A stretch of DNA of 62,914 nucleotides, filler included, from Reticulomyxa filosa (GCA_000512085.1; 26 parts of 26 records of this genome joined end to end with filler, not necessarily neighbours in it), one strand, 5' to 3'; counted from the whole stretch's first letter, positions 1 through 13,393 are shown. A program made the numbers and translations. Notes: generated by a model from the letters alone, not told the origin.

Positions 1-1266
1 CCGCGGAAGGTCTGACAGTAACCCCAGATATGGACGTTTGGCACAATGGCAATGAATGGCTGGTGGGATGTGTATATTGATAATAATAAATAAAAAAGTT
101 GAACGGAACAATGAAAGAGTCCATCAAAATGGAACACAAAGAGGAAAATGACACGAGCGAAGGACCAAGCGCAGCCGGACACACGGGCTATGGTTTGGCA
201 GGATTGCAATTAGCGAGCAAGTCGAATCGAAAGCGAGCGAGCAAAGTACTGAAGGAAAAGATGATATGTGATAGCAGTGGAGCAGTCATTGGCGACGTAG
301 GCGTGGATGTGAAATGCGACAATAAATTGGACATACATACTACAACAACAGATGGAACACACAAATGTCGGCCATTTGCGGATATACAGTGTGGGTCATT
401 GGTGTGATGTGACCCAATTGCAAATGTATTACAAATGTGTCGGATTTTGAAATGACCGCTACGCCTTTGTCAATAAGCAAGATCATCGAGCGGAGTTAAT
501 TGACGATCACAAAGGCTATTTGTACTTAGTGTGTGACAAAACGATTATGTACAAATCTTCATTATTTTTTTTTTTTTACGCCTGTTTTATATTTCACTAT
601 GCACATTTTGTAAAGAAAAAAAAGTAGTAGAGATTTGTGATGAATGAAGTGTACATAGAATATACATATACAAATGTATATATATATTTATATATGTATA
701 TGTATATTATAGATACCCACATTCTCGTTGATGGAAATGTGAAAATGGCACATTGCCACCTCCAGGAATAACGCACGTGCCTTTGCCAATCGATGATCAA
801 CTACGATACACACAAGTTGCGATTAAGATGGAAGTTGAGGGCTTTGAACTGTTGCAGAAAGTGCCCAAGGGTAATTTGACGGCAAAAAACAATCGGCCCG
901 TGGGTAGCTTCAGCGTGAGTAGTAGAGGCAATATCAATGGCAGTGATGGAAAAGAAAAGTCCAACAATGGAAATCTGTCATTGACGTCGCAGCGTGATGA
1001 CGATGGAAAGAAGCAGAAAAAAAGTGGACGTAAATCGGAGTTGTTTGGTGATGATAGCAATAAAAACACGCCAAGTGGATAAGCTGACCATTTTTGTGTC
1101 GCGTGCGGGCATGGAGACGTTGAACGGAAAGTATATGTTTTGGAAGCGATATAGCCAAAATCATGGAGTGCCTATTTTTGTGAAAGAGATCGACTACACA
1201 AGCAAATATCTGAAAGGACGAAATGAATCGGAAGACGAAGAGAAAGCAGACAAATCCAAAAGATAA
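1..1266 (+). pseudogene. Interrupted multi-exon gene with a repeated small uncharacterised domain (V.xAG...NG.Y...GVP.F.K / P...W....G..PPP)
   Basis: Segments YPHSR*WKCENGTLPPPGITHV (~713-780) and IFVSRAGMETLNGKYMFWKRYSQNHGVPIFVK (~1090-1185); AT-rich GT..AG intron ~549-712; several in-frame stops. Confidence 0.35.
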
Positions 1267-3720
1267 TGCGAATAAAAATTTACGTTTTAAAATTTTTTCT
1301 GTAGAAATACGTACGTATAGTAAATAATAAAATTTTTCTAGGTAGTGAAAGCAATAAATTTTCTTCTCTGTTTATTCCAATACTTGTTAGATAAAACAAG
1401 GATTCAAAGAAATTACTATTACATAAATGCAAACTACTGCAAAGAATAATTCAAGAATTGCTTAAGAAGACACATAATACGTATTTAAAAGAGTTTTTGA
1501 TGTTTAAACAAAATAGTTTCTGAAATGTTTTCTCACATATAGTTTATATTATTTTAACTTTGTTTACATCAAACTTTTCTAATACTTCAATTATGTATGA
1601 TTTGATTTTACAAGTCTTTTTTTGGCATTAAGTTGTAAATGCAAAGAATTCAAATAATCGCTTATTTTTTGCAATGCCTCTTTTTAGAGCAGATCATGGA
1701 ATTTTTTTTCTTCCAATAGATGCACTTTCTTTGCTTTATATTTCTTTTTGCGTTCAATTTCCTTGAAACAAAAAAAGACATCATAAATTTGTACAAGTGT
1801 ACTTTCAGTTTATGAAAAATATGGACACATATCTCACTTTTAAAAAACAAAATATATCAACTGCTGGAACTGGAATTTAAAAATGAAATGCAAAGATTTA
1901 AAGAAGTTAAAATTCAAATCATATAAAAATTGGCTTTAATGCATTTTGATGTTCCCGGAGCTTATTATCATTTAATAGCAGATAGCAAGCCATACACACT
2001 CATTTCAAACGAAAAAACTTAATACAACATATAATAACTAAAGATTTATTTTGTGCAATTTAAGTAAATGAGTAATTCAATGTTCATTTGTCAGAAATAG
2101 CATGATTCAACGAATATAGGATATAGTTGTAGATGTATAATAGACTTATAATTTTCTCTTATGATTCGAAACTAATCATACTCGAGAATTTGGTGAAATG
2201 TATTTTAATAAACAATTGAACTTAAAAGAAATGGCAATCCTGAATATAACACTGGATTACTTATTAACTGAAAGGATACTTACGTTGACGACTACAGACA
2301 AAGTATTGCACTGTATGGTAATCAAATACATAACATTTTGTGGCTTAGATCCACGACTACTAACAAAACAGATTTTTTATTTCTACGGAATCCACTTGAG
2401 CTCAAGATATTGGAGCAAGAGTATGTCACGACACAATGTCAATCGATATATGAGCCTTGGTTAAAGACTCGACTGTTGAGATGGAGTTGTGTTGCAAAAT
2501 TGTAATAACAAACTACGCATGTGCAAGAAATTAGATTGTTTAATCCGACTTGATCAACGAACTACACAGTGCATCATTATCACGACTATAAAATATTGTG
2601 TGTTCGGGTGAACTTCAACCAAAAAAACTGTATTTCAGTTTGAATATCGAAAACTATATTCAATAGAAAATAATGAAAATCAAGGTTTTTCGGATTTATA
2701 CCATTCAACAAAAATACCTTTGAGTTTTTTTGCAAAAAAAAAAATGGATTTATCATTACTTTTTGAAAATTGGAAAAGCAAAATTGAAAAAAACATTTTT
2801 TGTCATTGTAAGAATCAGAAAAAATTCGATTCGACTCGATATCATTTCGTGTATACACTTTTTCTTGTTTTTCTGCTTTTTTAAAGGGGGTTTTTCATCA
2901 ATACACAAAAAAAAACTATTGGAGATCAAGCAAATAAAAGAGCGTGTAACGTGTTGATTGCTAATTTGAGCTGCACTTGGAAGATCAAATGGACATCTCC
3001 TGGATAGAGTTATCTGATGCTATGGACTGTTTGAAACCAGGAGATAACTGAAGAATGTCTGTTGCTGGATTTATCATGAGGTCCTAACTTTATTGGAAAA
3101 AAAGGTATTGCCTTGAGGATCAGTAATTTTTTTTTTCACCTCCCATCAAAAAACTTAAGTTCGCAAATTTTTTTTTTTAATAAAAAAAAATGGGACTTTG
3201 ACAAACATTGTTTTTTAAAAAAAATGCTGTGTATTGCGTTTATGTGGAAAACAAAAAGGACTAGCTCTCATCGTCGGAAACCACGAAACAAAATGCCATC
3301 AAGTATTTGACAATGAATTGAACGGTGAGTATTTGCGTGTGGATGAAATGAATGTGATTAGCAGTAGTGCTCCTTCCACTGTCATGGGCACTGGCGACGG
3401 CAAGAGTGAAGGATCTACAATACACAACGGAAGTAACAAACATCGCATTTCCACATATCAAAATTTAGTTTATTTTTTTTCTATCATTCACTTTTCCCCT
3501 TTTCACTTTTGTGTCATCAATTCATACTTATGATAATATATTGACACGCTTCATTGTTTTGATTTGAAGCAAAGATAAATCATGGATACAAGATGATGAG
3601 TGAACATGGACATGCACACTAGTAAAGAAAACAACAAATCCTCAAAATCGAAATTTCCTCATTTGACAGAAAAGGAAGTAAAAGACGTGCTGGCACAATT
3701 TGAACTGCAACTGGACAGAC

Positions 3721-3820
3721 NNNNNNNNNNNNNNNNNNNNNNNNNNNNNNNNNNNNNNNNNNNNTTAATTAATTAANNNNNNNNNNNNNNNNNNNNNNNN
3801 NNNNNNNNNNNNNNNNNNNN
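3721..3820. other. Artificial contig linker (N44 + TTAATTAATTAA + N44), first of 25. Others start at 8481, 11540, 13294, 14689, 16577, 19192, 20419, 22152, 25558, 27019, 28163, 30382, 33027, 34257, 37957, 39774, 44379, 45697, 46822, 47922, 49315, 57980, 60662, 61762
   Basis: Identical 100-nt N blocks with a palindromic six-frame stop linker; genes are cut off at these blocks. Confidence 0.98.
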
Positions 3821-4281
3821 AGTTTTTTCCTGAGTCGTTTTTTTTAGTAGACTTGTCTTCATTTATGGTATTCTTCTTTATCTGGTCCTCGTTTCTGGTG
3901 TTTTTCTTGTTTTTGCAATTTCCTTGTAAACTTTTGTTGTTTGTTATGTTCTCAGGATTTGTTGTATTTGCTTTTTCTCTTTCTTCTATTTTTATAGTCA
4001 GTAGGAAAAAATTTTTTTACTAGTAAAAAAAATTTTTTTACTAGTAAAAAGGTTTCGACTAGTAAAAAAAAATTTTTCCTACTGACTATAAAAATAGAAG
4101 AAAGAGAAACAGCAAATACAACAAACTCTGAGAACATAACAAACAACAAAAGTTTACAAGGAAATAGCAAAAACAAGAAAAACACCAGAAACGAGGACCA
4201 GAAATGAAGACTAGACAAACAAAAAAAACGACTCCAGAAATGAAGACAAGTCTACTAAAAAAAACGACTCAGGAAAAAACT
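3821..4281. repeat. Large imperfect palindrome (arms ~200-220 bp) with three ACTAGT cores flanked by T/A tracts at its centre
   Basis: 3821 agttttttcctgagtcgttttttttagtagacttgtcttcattt is the reverse complement of ~4238-4281; ttcttctatttttatagtcagtagg (~3981-4005) mirrors cctactgactataaaaatagaagaa (~4078-4102); ACTAGT at 4019, 4040, 4058. Confidence 0.9.
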
Positions 4282-5180
4282 CTAAAAACGAAGACCAGTC
4301 TACAAAAAAAAACAACTCCAGAAAAAACAACTCTAAAAAAAACTCCAAAAACGAAGACAAATCTACCAGAGAAGAAGATATCAAGAATAATACCAGAAAC
4401 AGCTCAGAATCCAACAAAAACATACATAAAATCAAAATAACAACAAAAGAAGAAAAACAAAAGATATGAATGACAATGATCATACAGTACATATAATGGA
4501 ACGAAGCATGGGAAATAAGAATTAGATTGTGACACTTTTAAAACAACTCGAGTCACATGAATACAAGGCAAACAACAAGTAATAAAATGGATAAAAGAAA
4601 CACAAGGACAGTAAATGAAAATTGAAGAAAATAAAAAAATTATAATTTCATTAAAACAAGAATGGCTCAAAGAAATAAAAAACTGGAGTAATGTATGTAT
4701 ATTAATAATCACCTGAATAATATATAAAATAATCATAATTCACATAAAGAAATTTAATAACGAAAGACTAAATCTAGAAAGAATTATAACAGACAGAATA
4801 GTCCTAAGAGTAATTAAAGACAAAGATAAAAATGACGAATTTGAAATCTGGTACAGAATATCAGAAATAAAATTAATACAATAATGGAAAGTAGGAAATT
4901 TAAATATCAAGAACAACTAATGATAGAAATCCAAAAGTAAGACTAATTTAAGCAAATTAAAACATAGAATTCCAAAATCAAGAATAGTTAAAAAATGAAA
5001 AAAACCATAAAGACATACAAATAAAAAATATATGAATTATAACAGAAGAACACAACTATCAACAATGATAGAACAACTGAAACAGAAACAAAGACTAATT
5101 AATAGCAACACAACCACAATACTGATAAGAAGCAACGAAACATCAATGAAAGCATCAGAAGAACAAAAAGAAAGAGTATC
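4088..5180 (+). mobile_element. Strongly A-skewed decayed ORF with degenerate ~45-bp tandem repeats near its start; possible retroelement ORF1/gag relic
   Basis: Extreme plus-strand A richness, no intron-like tracts, many stops; repeats of gaagacaagtctac-A-tract-cgactc at ~4205-4370; no diagnostic protein motif seen. Confidence 0.3.
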
Positions 5181-6034
5181 TTGACCGGGCATGTTATCAC
5201 CTTGACTTTAATTTTATGTTTGAACATATCAATTTTAAATAAAAAATTTTATATTTGTAAATAATATTCTCTTACACGTTTCCTAAATTTTTTACTAGTT
5301 TAAGTATTTTAATTGGTGCTTTTTTTTATTGAAAAGATATTCATCAGAAATTATTTTATGTTTTTCTAACTTTTTTGATTATTTTTTATTTGTTGCGCTA
5401 CAATTACTCCTTTCAAGTACTGTACGCATGAATTGTATATTGGCTGAATGATAATTACTTTAAAAAAAAGCTTATGCTAAATTCTCAAGTTTTTAACAAA
5501 ATAAACAAGTTGAAACTAAAAACAAATTTTCTGAAATGCTTGGAAAATTGACAATTTCATGAAACGAAAAACACGATTATCAACTTTTTATACGAACTGC
5601 ACATTCGTAGATATGTAAAAAATTTTTATAAGTGCTGATTTCAGAGATAATATTAGTGATCTTTTAGATGTTTTATGTTAACTTTTTTTTGCATTCTACT
5701 ACATATGTAAGTAAAATCAATTTCCAAATTGTCTAATAAATCGAATTATATTTACTCCACGTTTTCAAAATCTTTTTTGTCAAATCTATTAAGTCTTGCC
5801 AATGGTCCCATCAAATAACCTGAGTTGGGAATATAGTTAATGCTTTAACAGTATTTTTCATAAGTTGATAATTCTCTATTGCTTGATCCTACAAATTTTT
5901 TTAAAAATGTTGATGTGAAAATTATCGCTAATTTGTGTCATCTTCCAATTTATTTAATTTTCACTCACGCTTTTTTTTCCTAAATATAAAAACTAAATAT
6001 CGTATGTTTTCAATTGACAAGGAAAATCTAATTA

Positions 6035-7431
6035 TCATCCACTCAATGTTTTCACCTTTTCTTTTGCTTCTAATGTTTCTGGATGCCAATCTCCCAATGT
6101 TCTACTATATGTCTTCCATGTTTTTTCATAATATTTACCTGCAGTTTTCATTTCATCTTTTTCCTCAAACACCCTTCCCAAATTCCAATTCAAATCGCCA
6201 ATCACGCGGTTTGTGTTACCAAACATCTGTTCCCATATGTATAATGACTTTTCGTAATAGTTAATTGCGTCCTCATATTGTTGTTTATTATCATAGACAT
6301 GTCCTAAATGGTTATATAAATTTGCAACCCAAGCATGATTTTTTCCAAAAATGTTTAAAGTGATTTTCAATGACTTTTCATAACATTCAATCGCTTTTTC
6401 ATAGTGGCCCTTTTTATCATAGGAAAGCCCTAAACTGTTATATGAATCCGCAACATAAGCGTGATTGGGTCCAAAAGCGTTGATGGAAAGGTCCAAAGCT
6501 TTTTGGAATTCAAAAATGGCATAATCAAAAACATTTTTTTTGAAGCAATCTTTTGCTTTGTCTTGAAGACCCTGAAGTCGTACTGGAATTTCATAGTGAA
6601 ATCTAGCATTCCATTGAATTGGTGAGATAATATGTTTAAATTTTTGATGAATAATAACATTTTTTGCAAAAAAAATCTGCGTTGTAATATTTGCATTCTC
6701 TTCGAGTCGAATTTCACAATCAATTGCATATATATTTCCATCGATATTTATTCCATTCAGTATCACCAATTTCTTTTTAATCACATACACCCAATAATCT
6801 CCAAATTGATATTTTTCATCTTTATCATTATTGATTATTGTAATAAACGGAAAATTATCATCAATCTCAACTAATTTTGTACTTGCTGCATTGTGCCATT
6901 GATGTATTTTTTTTGCCACAACAACCAATCCCTGCTCACTTTGTTTTGTCATTTGCTCAACTATTTTAGCAGCTTCGACATTTGATTTTATCCAATCTGC
7001 ATTCCAGTGATTCTTGAAATCTAGGGTTTCATGGATGATATCCTCTTCCATTAATGATACTGCATTGTTGCTATCACAGTCATCATTAATCTGATTTTCC
7101 TTATTTTCCCCGACATCCTTTTTAAATGAATGTTCTGTTTATTGATTGGTTTGTTTTGATTTTGTCATTGTTAAGATTTTTAAAGTACACAGAATGCACC
7201 TGGCCAAAAATAAGCAACGAATTGAGGCTGACCATTCTTAACCACGTATTGGACATGTTGATCTGTTTCAACACCATAACCATCACCGTTGGTTATTTTC
7301 ACCAATGTATTTCCTTGTTGATCAGGCTTGCTTACTTTTGTGATTTGTTCTTGCAAACTTCCGACTGTCAAGGTTGTCAATGCGAGTTCATATTTCTTTG
7401 ACCCAATAGTTACAAAGGCTTTGCAGGACAT
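6035..7431 (-). CDS. TPR-repeat protein (kinesin-light-chain-like TPRs) with a short N-terminal ubiquitin/PB1-like segment; exons 7431-7200 and 7134-6035
   Basis: A GT-AG intron at 7199-7135 joins the 83-aa and 338-aa ORFs in frame (..YFWPE-HSFKKD..); TPR motifs HAYVADSYNSLGLSY, HAWVANLYNHLGHVY, HPETLEA. Confidence 0.85.
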
Positions 7432-8220
7432 GTCTTGGTCTTCACCTTTTTGTCTTTGCTGAAAAATTTGAGGTTAAGAATCGATGAAAGATTATGTTTT
7501 GGAAAAAAAGTTGATCTTTTCCTTTGGAAAACGTTCAACTGCTCTTTTGAAGATGCCCAATTTTTTATGTGATATTATTGTGATGGATTAAACGAAAGAT
7601 ATTTTTTAGAATTACCAAATTTAGCATTGTTTAGCTAAAAATTTGTTAAAATGTTTAATTATTTGTGGTCCAAATAAAAATCTTGCCTCAAATATAAATG
7701 ACAAAAATACTTTTTGTTTTTATTGATTTTGACATTGTTTACACTAAATTGTAAATCAATGGCGTATATTTTTCAGTGATTGGTAAACACAACCAAAAGT
7801 TAATCCCGTTTCCTCAAAATTCCAAATGTTCGTCAGTTGGCAACCCGTGAAAAGTTTAGATTTAATAAGACTTATTGTTAACAACCCAAACAATAGCCCG
7901 CTGTTTTAGTCTTAACATATTTTCAATTGCATTACTAATTTTTAATTGTAATCTTTTTAGAAAATATATTTTAAACTTATTTTATGATTCGAAAATGAGC
8001 TGAGAGAATACTCTTGTTAAATTTAAATTAGAACGTTGCTTTTGTACGAGAAAACTTATTTTCAGTGTTAAGTGCGCACATTTTGTCATAAAACTGAAAT
8101 TTAACAAGTCATCTTGGAAGTTGTTTTGATGCAATTGTTGTGTAGAAAAGGTCAATAAAAAGCTGGAAAACAACAGTCAACTAATTGCAGTTTTTAATTC
8201 AAAGAAAAAGTTGTATTTTT

Positions 8221-8403
8221 TTAATCTGACTCAGCGCCAGAATCACCACCACCTCCAAATGGATCTGCTGGTGCAGCACTAGACTCTTTTTCTGCTTCCG
8301 CTTCAGGTTCTTCTTTTGCTGCGGCGGCAGTTGTGGTAGCAGCGCCAGTTGTGGGTGCTGCAGCTGCGGCGAAAGCTCCAGGGTTCTCCAACACCTTTTT
8401 GAC
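8221..8403 (-). CDS. RPLP0: 60S acidic ribosomal protein P0 (uL10), last exon
   Basis: After a CAG acceptor: VKKVLENPGAFAAAAAPTTGAATTTAAAAKEEPEAEAEKESSAAPADPFGGGGDSGAESD*, matching the P0 L.NP.AF plus Ala-rich hinge plus acidic tail. Confidence 0.75.
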   Translation of the reverse strand, partial: VKKVLENPGAFAAAAAPTTGAATTTAAAAKEEPEAEAEKESSAAPADPFGGGGDSGAESD

Positions 8404-10149
8404 CTGTTAAAACAAAAAATTGATAATTTTTTTTTTCTCTCATTTTATAGTTTATTTTCAAACATACAAAAAAAAAAAAANNNNNNNNNNNNNNNNNNNN
8501 NNNNNNNNNNNNNNNNNNNNNNNNTTAATTAATTAANNNNNNNNNNNNNNNNNNNNNNNNNNNNNNNNNNNNNNNNNNNNGAATTGCAAGTCAGTGGTGA
8601 TGTCCATCCTTTTTTGTACATCAGTCACTTTCACCAAGGCATGGTCTATCCAATAGCACTTATGCTATCAATCCACATTTTGCACGCCAGACCATACAGT
8701 TCACATTGCCAAATCTCATATATCAATATATTGACCCGGATCATTGACAACAGAGCAAATCATTTGTGGGGAACTCCGTTGATAACTACAGCATCCACAT
8801 CAAAACGTTGCAAATGTGGTCTTAACAAGTTATTTTTTTTATTTATTTTTTTTTTTGTTGTAAATACATGTTTTTGGTTGTCACTTGTATAGATTGAAAA
8901 GTATGGAGTGGCAATTGCGCAAATGGGTCGAGTAAGTGGATGAAGTGCAAACAATGACCAAATATATCTCCACTGGGCCGCAGTGGTGCAATGTGAGATG
9001 AGCTATTACACATGCAAAATAGCAACAGAAGGTAATATCTTGTATTTGTTTATGTTCAACTTGTAAATTATATAGTATGTTGTTTAAATAGGATAATTAA
9101 CTGTAATGAAAAGAAAAAAGAATACGGGGTAGAAACCACTCCGTCTCCGAAAGGAGAAATACAGGTTTGTTCTGTCTATATATTTTTTATAATATGTTTA
9201 AGTGGTTGTTGTGTTGTGTGACATAGGTTCCTCCGTCCATCAAGAGCGTTACAATATATGTCTCCTCCATCACACAAAAGAAAAAAAAGAATAATGGGTC
9301 GAAACTACCCCTGTATCCTCAAAGAGGAATAACTGTATGTGATGTTTATGTCTATTTGTGTATATATATCCTTTTGTTTATAATATCGTTGTGCTTGTAT
9401 TTGTGGTTTAATAGGTTCCCCATTAAAAGAAAAAACATATATGCATATACTTATTTATTTGTCCACACTCATTAAAAAAAAAGATTGTAGGTATTCTTAT
9501 AGGAAAAAAAGATATAAACGAAGATGAAGTTCCAAGCAATAGTTATATATATATTTTTAGTATGTCTTAAAAATTATAAATGTAACTTTGTTTGTCATAC
9601 AGGTCCGGCGCAACAAAGACTGGAAGGTATATGTAGTATCTTGAAAGTTGGTTGGAAAATAGTGAGAAAGGGAGGAGAAAATTTGGATAAGGGGGAGAAA
9701 GGAAATGATGGAATAATAAAAAGAAAAAAAAGGAGGAAAAAAAAAAAGTGGTAATAAGAAAAAAAAATGGAAGAATAAAGAAAAAAAAGGGGAATAAAAA
9801 AGAAAAAGGAAAAAGAAAAAAGAAAAAAGGAAAAGCAAAAGGAAAAAGAAAAAAAAGAAAATGATAAAAAAAGAAAAAGATAAAAAAAGATAAAAAGTCG
9901 ATTTGAAATTTTAATTTTTTATTTTGTTTAATATTGGATATCCAGCGTAGGATAACAACGTGTTAAGTAAGTTTTTTTCTTTGTATATGTTTGTTTTTAA
10001 AAATATAATGTGTGGATACAATGTGGTTGGATGCTATAGAAAAAAAAGAAAATTTGTGACAATTTAGCAATAATTTGTCATTCAAATTTTTTTGTTCGTG
10101 TGGTTCGATGTGGCGGAGATATTGAAGTAGATGTGAAAAAAGTAGGCAA

Positions 10150-11539
10150 TGCAATGGATCCAATGGACACAACCAACAATGTAATCATTTTTATTAGGTG
10201 CGTTCGATCAAGTTGCTTCAGCGTATACACTCTATACCAACATCGACACATGGATATATTAGTACTATGAATACACAGTCAACCGTCATTTGAATGCAGC
10301 TTCTATGGACAAACATGCAATTCGATATCACGCATTCCAAAATACAAAAAATTTGCTTCCTGACTGTATCTCGAACAACATACGCCCAATAGACAAGATT
10401 TTCCTGTGAGTAATATGGACTCAAAAGGGATCAACGGATCACTAGTGACGACAGCTAGACAATCAAACACTATCGGTCCAAAATTGATCTGACATTTGTT
10501 TGTCAAACAAAATTGGTATTGTGGACAACAACTGGCGTTTCCTGGCCATTGTCAATGTAATTACAGTTCTAGACATAAATCTGGGATAATCTTCAAATTG
10601 ACTATCGATTATACCACGTTTGTCCAAGTAGTTTAGTTTGATCTATTCTCAGACACCAGGCAGGCTTTGCAAGATCGAAAAAGTATTATAACGTTAATGC
10701 TTTTACCTTCAAGTCGAAGAAATGCTATACATCGACATTTAAATGTTTATAAATTGAACCTTACCTCCAAGACTCAATATTGAAATGATACAAGGTCAAG
10801 TTCCACATGTTTAATCTCGCAATCAAATGGTGAAAAAGATCAATCAATTGAAATGTGCTCGAAACAAGTATTTACTGGAGTAAATGCATTTTTTTTTCTT
10901 GAATAATCTCATAGTTGATGCATTAGTCATCAATTGAAACAGCAAAAAAATGTTGTTCAAGTGAACCATGAAGACAGTAACAATTTGTCCAGAGCAGAAT
11001 TGCCATATAACACGTATTCATTGCTGACTCTGTCTTGGATGAATCTTCAAGATCTGAATATTGCATTGTAAGCATTGAATACTTTATCGTCGGTGACAAA
11101 CGGTGTTGGCACTATTTGTGAGCCATATGAGCTCCTTCGATAATAAAGCCGATCGAATTGTCTCCTTCCAAATTGTGTTGCTGCAAGTAGTTAAATATTG
11201 GACATATCTAGTCAACTTATTAACGCAGGATTATGTCCAGCAATCTTGGAATTGGCATCCAAAAAGCAATTTCAATCTCAAATATAACTAGTATCACGAG
11301 TCAATATCAAAGATAACAAAGACAACATGAACCAAGCTATAGACAGGATGTAGCACAGTTGTATCGTTTACAGCTCAAAATGGTTGTTTGTGTAAGTTAA
11401 CAAATCAATCAATATAATATATGCAATCCAGGAAAGGGAATGCGATGAGCAAATGCATATTTTATGGAGAATTCCCTTGTGGTATGCAATCCTGACATTA
11501 CTCGAATTCAAAACGGAAAATGCATATCATCAATACCAG
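10150..11539 (-). mobile_element. Heavily decayed Ty3/gypsy-like LTR retrotransposon pol (RT, RNase H, integrase order)
   Basis: Frameshifted motifs in expected order: RVMSGL..NSP (~11490-11465), YYID-(D) (11419-11408), NCF......GH (~11270-11240), FQLMTNAS (~10939-10916, about 490 nt after YIDD), WPG...SCCPQYQ (~10548-10512), IPFESI.. Confidence 0.55.
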
Positions 11540-13393
11540 NNNNNNNNNNNNNNNNNNNNNNNNNNNNNNNNNNNNNNNNNNNNTTAATTAATTAANNNNN
11601 NNNNNNNNNNNNNNNNNNNNNNNNNNNNNNNNNNNNNNNCACGCAAATGTAATAAGTCCTCAAATGTGGGGAAAAGTGCGTGTCTTGTAATTTCTTTTTT
11701 TTTCCCTTGTTTGGAATTAAGTTGGACTTGGGATATGCAAGTAAATATGTTCTAGCGTTTCTTGTTCATTGTGAAGAAATCCAATTGGATAAATAACAAT
11801 CAGTAATCATACCAAGCCCTTAAAGAAAATTGTTTTTTTAAAAAAATACTTATTATTGATCTTCCTCAAAAGTTCGAAATGAGTATTATAGATAGAAATT
11901 TCCTAATAGTTTATAAGACCAAAATAGACAATTTGCTATTTAAACCCAAAATTTTGAAAGTATGAAAGTTGTGAAACTTAAAAAAAGAAAAATATTTTGC
12001 TTTTTGTGACAGGCAGAGTGGGTTACTTCCATAGAAGATTTTATTGCCAGTAACAGTGACGCACTGCTACCGCACACAAAATGGAAAGCAATAACGTACT
12101 GGTTACGTTAGCAATTCCAACGTTTAAATCTAGAACGCTTGTTTGTGAGTTGCATCACTTTTTTTGTGCTAAGTTGAAAGTTCTTTACCTACAGTTAGAG
12201 TGAACGACAAGCAAATTGATTTTATTTGTTGTCATGTACTCCATAGTAAATTTCTAAAATATGATTTTCCAATTAAATAGCAATAATATATTACTACTAG
12301 ACAAAATGCTAACGAAAAAAGAGATAAAAAGAGTCCAAGTTTGCAAGTAACAAATGATATACAAAAAACAATTTAAAAAAAGAAAATTAAAAAAAAAGAA
12401 AACGTTGCGCACGTTAAAATAACAAAATATAAAAAATATAATGTTATATTATTGCAAATATTTATATTGAAAATCATTGGTGTCGCAATTGAAAAGTGAA
12501 TTGTTGATATTGGATTGTACTAGGTGTAACAATATTTGTCAAAGTATTTGTAATTCTGCTTTATCTTCTTTAAAAAGTTACCGTATGAAAGTTTATACAC
12601 TTAGTATCTTTTCATTAAAGTTTAAGTCACGGTGATCACACCTTTTTTTTTTGAATGGTGTTGTTATTTTATGTGTCTTGAATTTACACTGACTCTATTC
12701 TTTCTTTTTCGGTAACTATTGCAGTTTTGCAGAGAAGTGCATTGGCGAAGGAATCCTCAAGAAGCAAGCTCCATGTTGAATACTTTTGGCTTGTTAGGTT
12801 GTTTGAAGAGAGAAGAGCAAAAATCACTTTCGTAATGTCTAAGAGAATTTTTTCTAAAAAAGGGAAAACTTTTTCTCTTAAAGAGAAAAATTATTATTTA
12901 AGAAAAAGTAAGGATTAATTAAAAAAAACAATTCCAATTTTCAATTATCTGTAATTAATCCATTTTTTATAAGAAAAAATGAAATAATATATATAAACTG
13001 TAATAATTATTTTTTCCAAGTTATTTTGTCAAAATATTCAAAAAGAATTGCAAATTTACGTCTTTTTTTAAATTTTTATTAGTTGTGCATTTACGTCTAA
13101 CTTAAGAAAAGAAGTTCTTTTTTTTTTTTTTTTCCTTTGGTTGTCTCTCTTCTAGTACCAATTTGTAATTAAGGTGATATTCGCCTTCTAACGCAACACT
13201 GGTATGCCTTTTTTCTGTTTTTTGAATAAATTTTGCGACTTAAAAAAGAGTGTTTTTTGTTTTGTTTAAACAGACTTCGCAATTTGATAAAAANNNNNNN
13301 NNNNNNNNNNNNNNNNNNNNNNNNNNNNNNNNNNNNNTTAATTAATTAANNNNNNNNNNNNNNNNNNNNNNNNNNNNNNNNNNNNNNNNNNNN

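Noticed and set aside
440-735. In-frame TGAs as further Sec codons or UGA=Trp
   Set aside because: No redox motif or SECIS seen, other stops nearby, and TGA ends intact genes (TPR, PP2A B56)
9700-9900. Purine-rich low-complexity tract with a K/R-rich ORF and a Phe-rich antisense ORF
   Set aside because: Simple-sequence DNA; no sign of coding constraint
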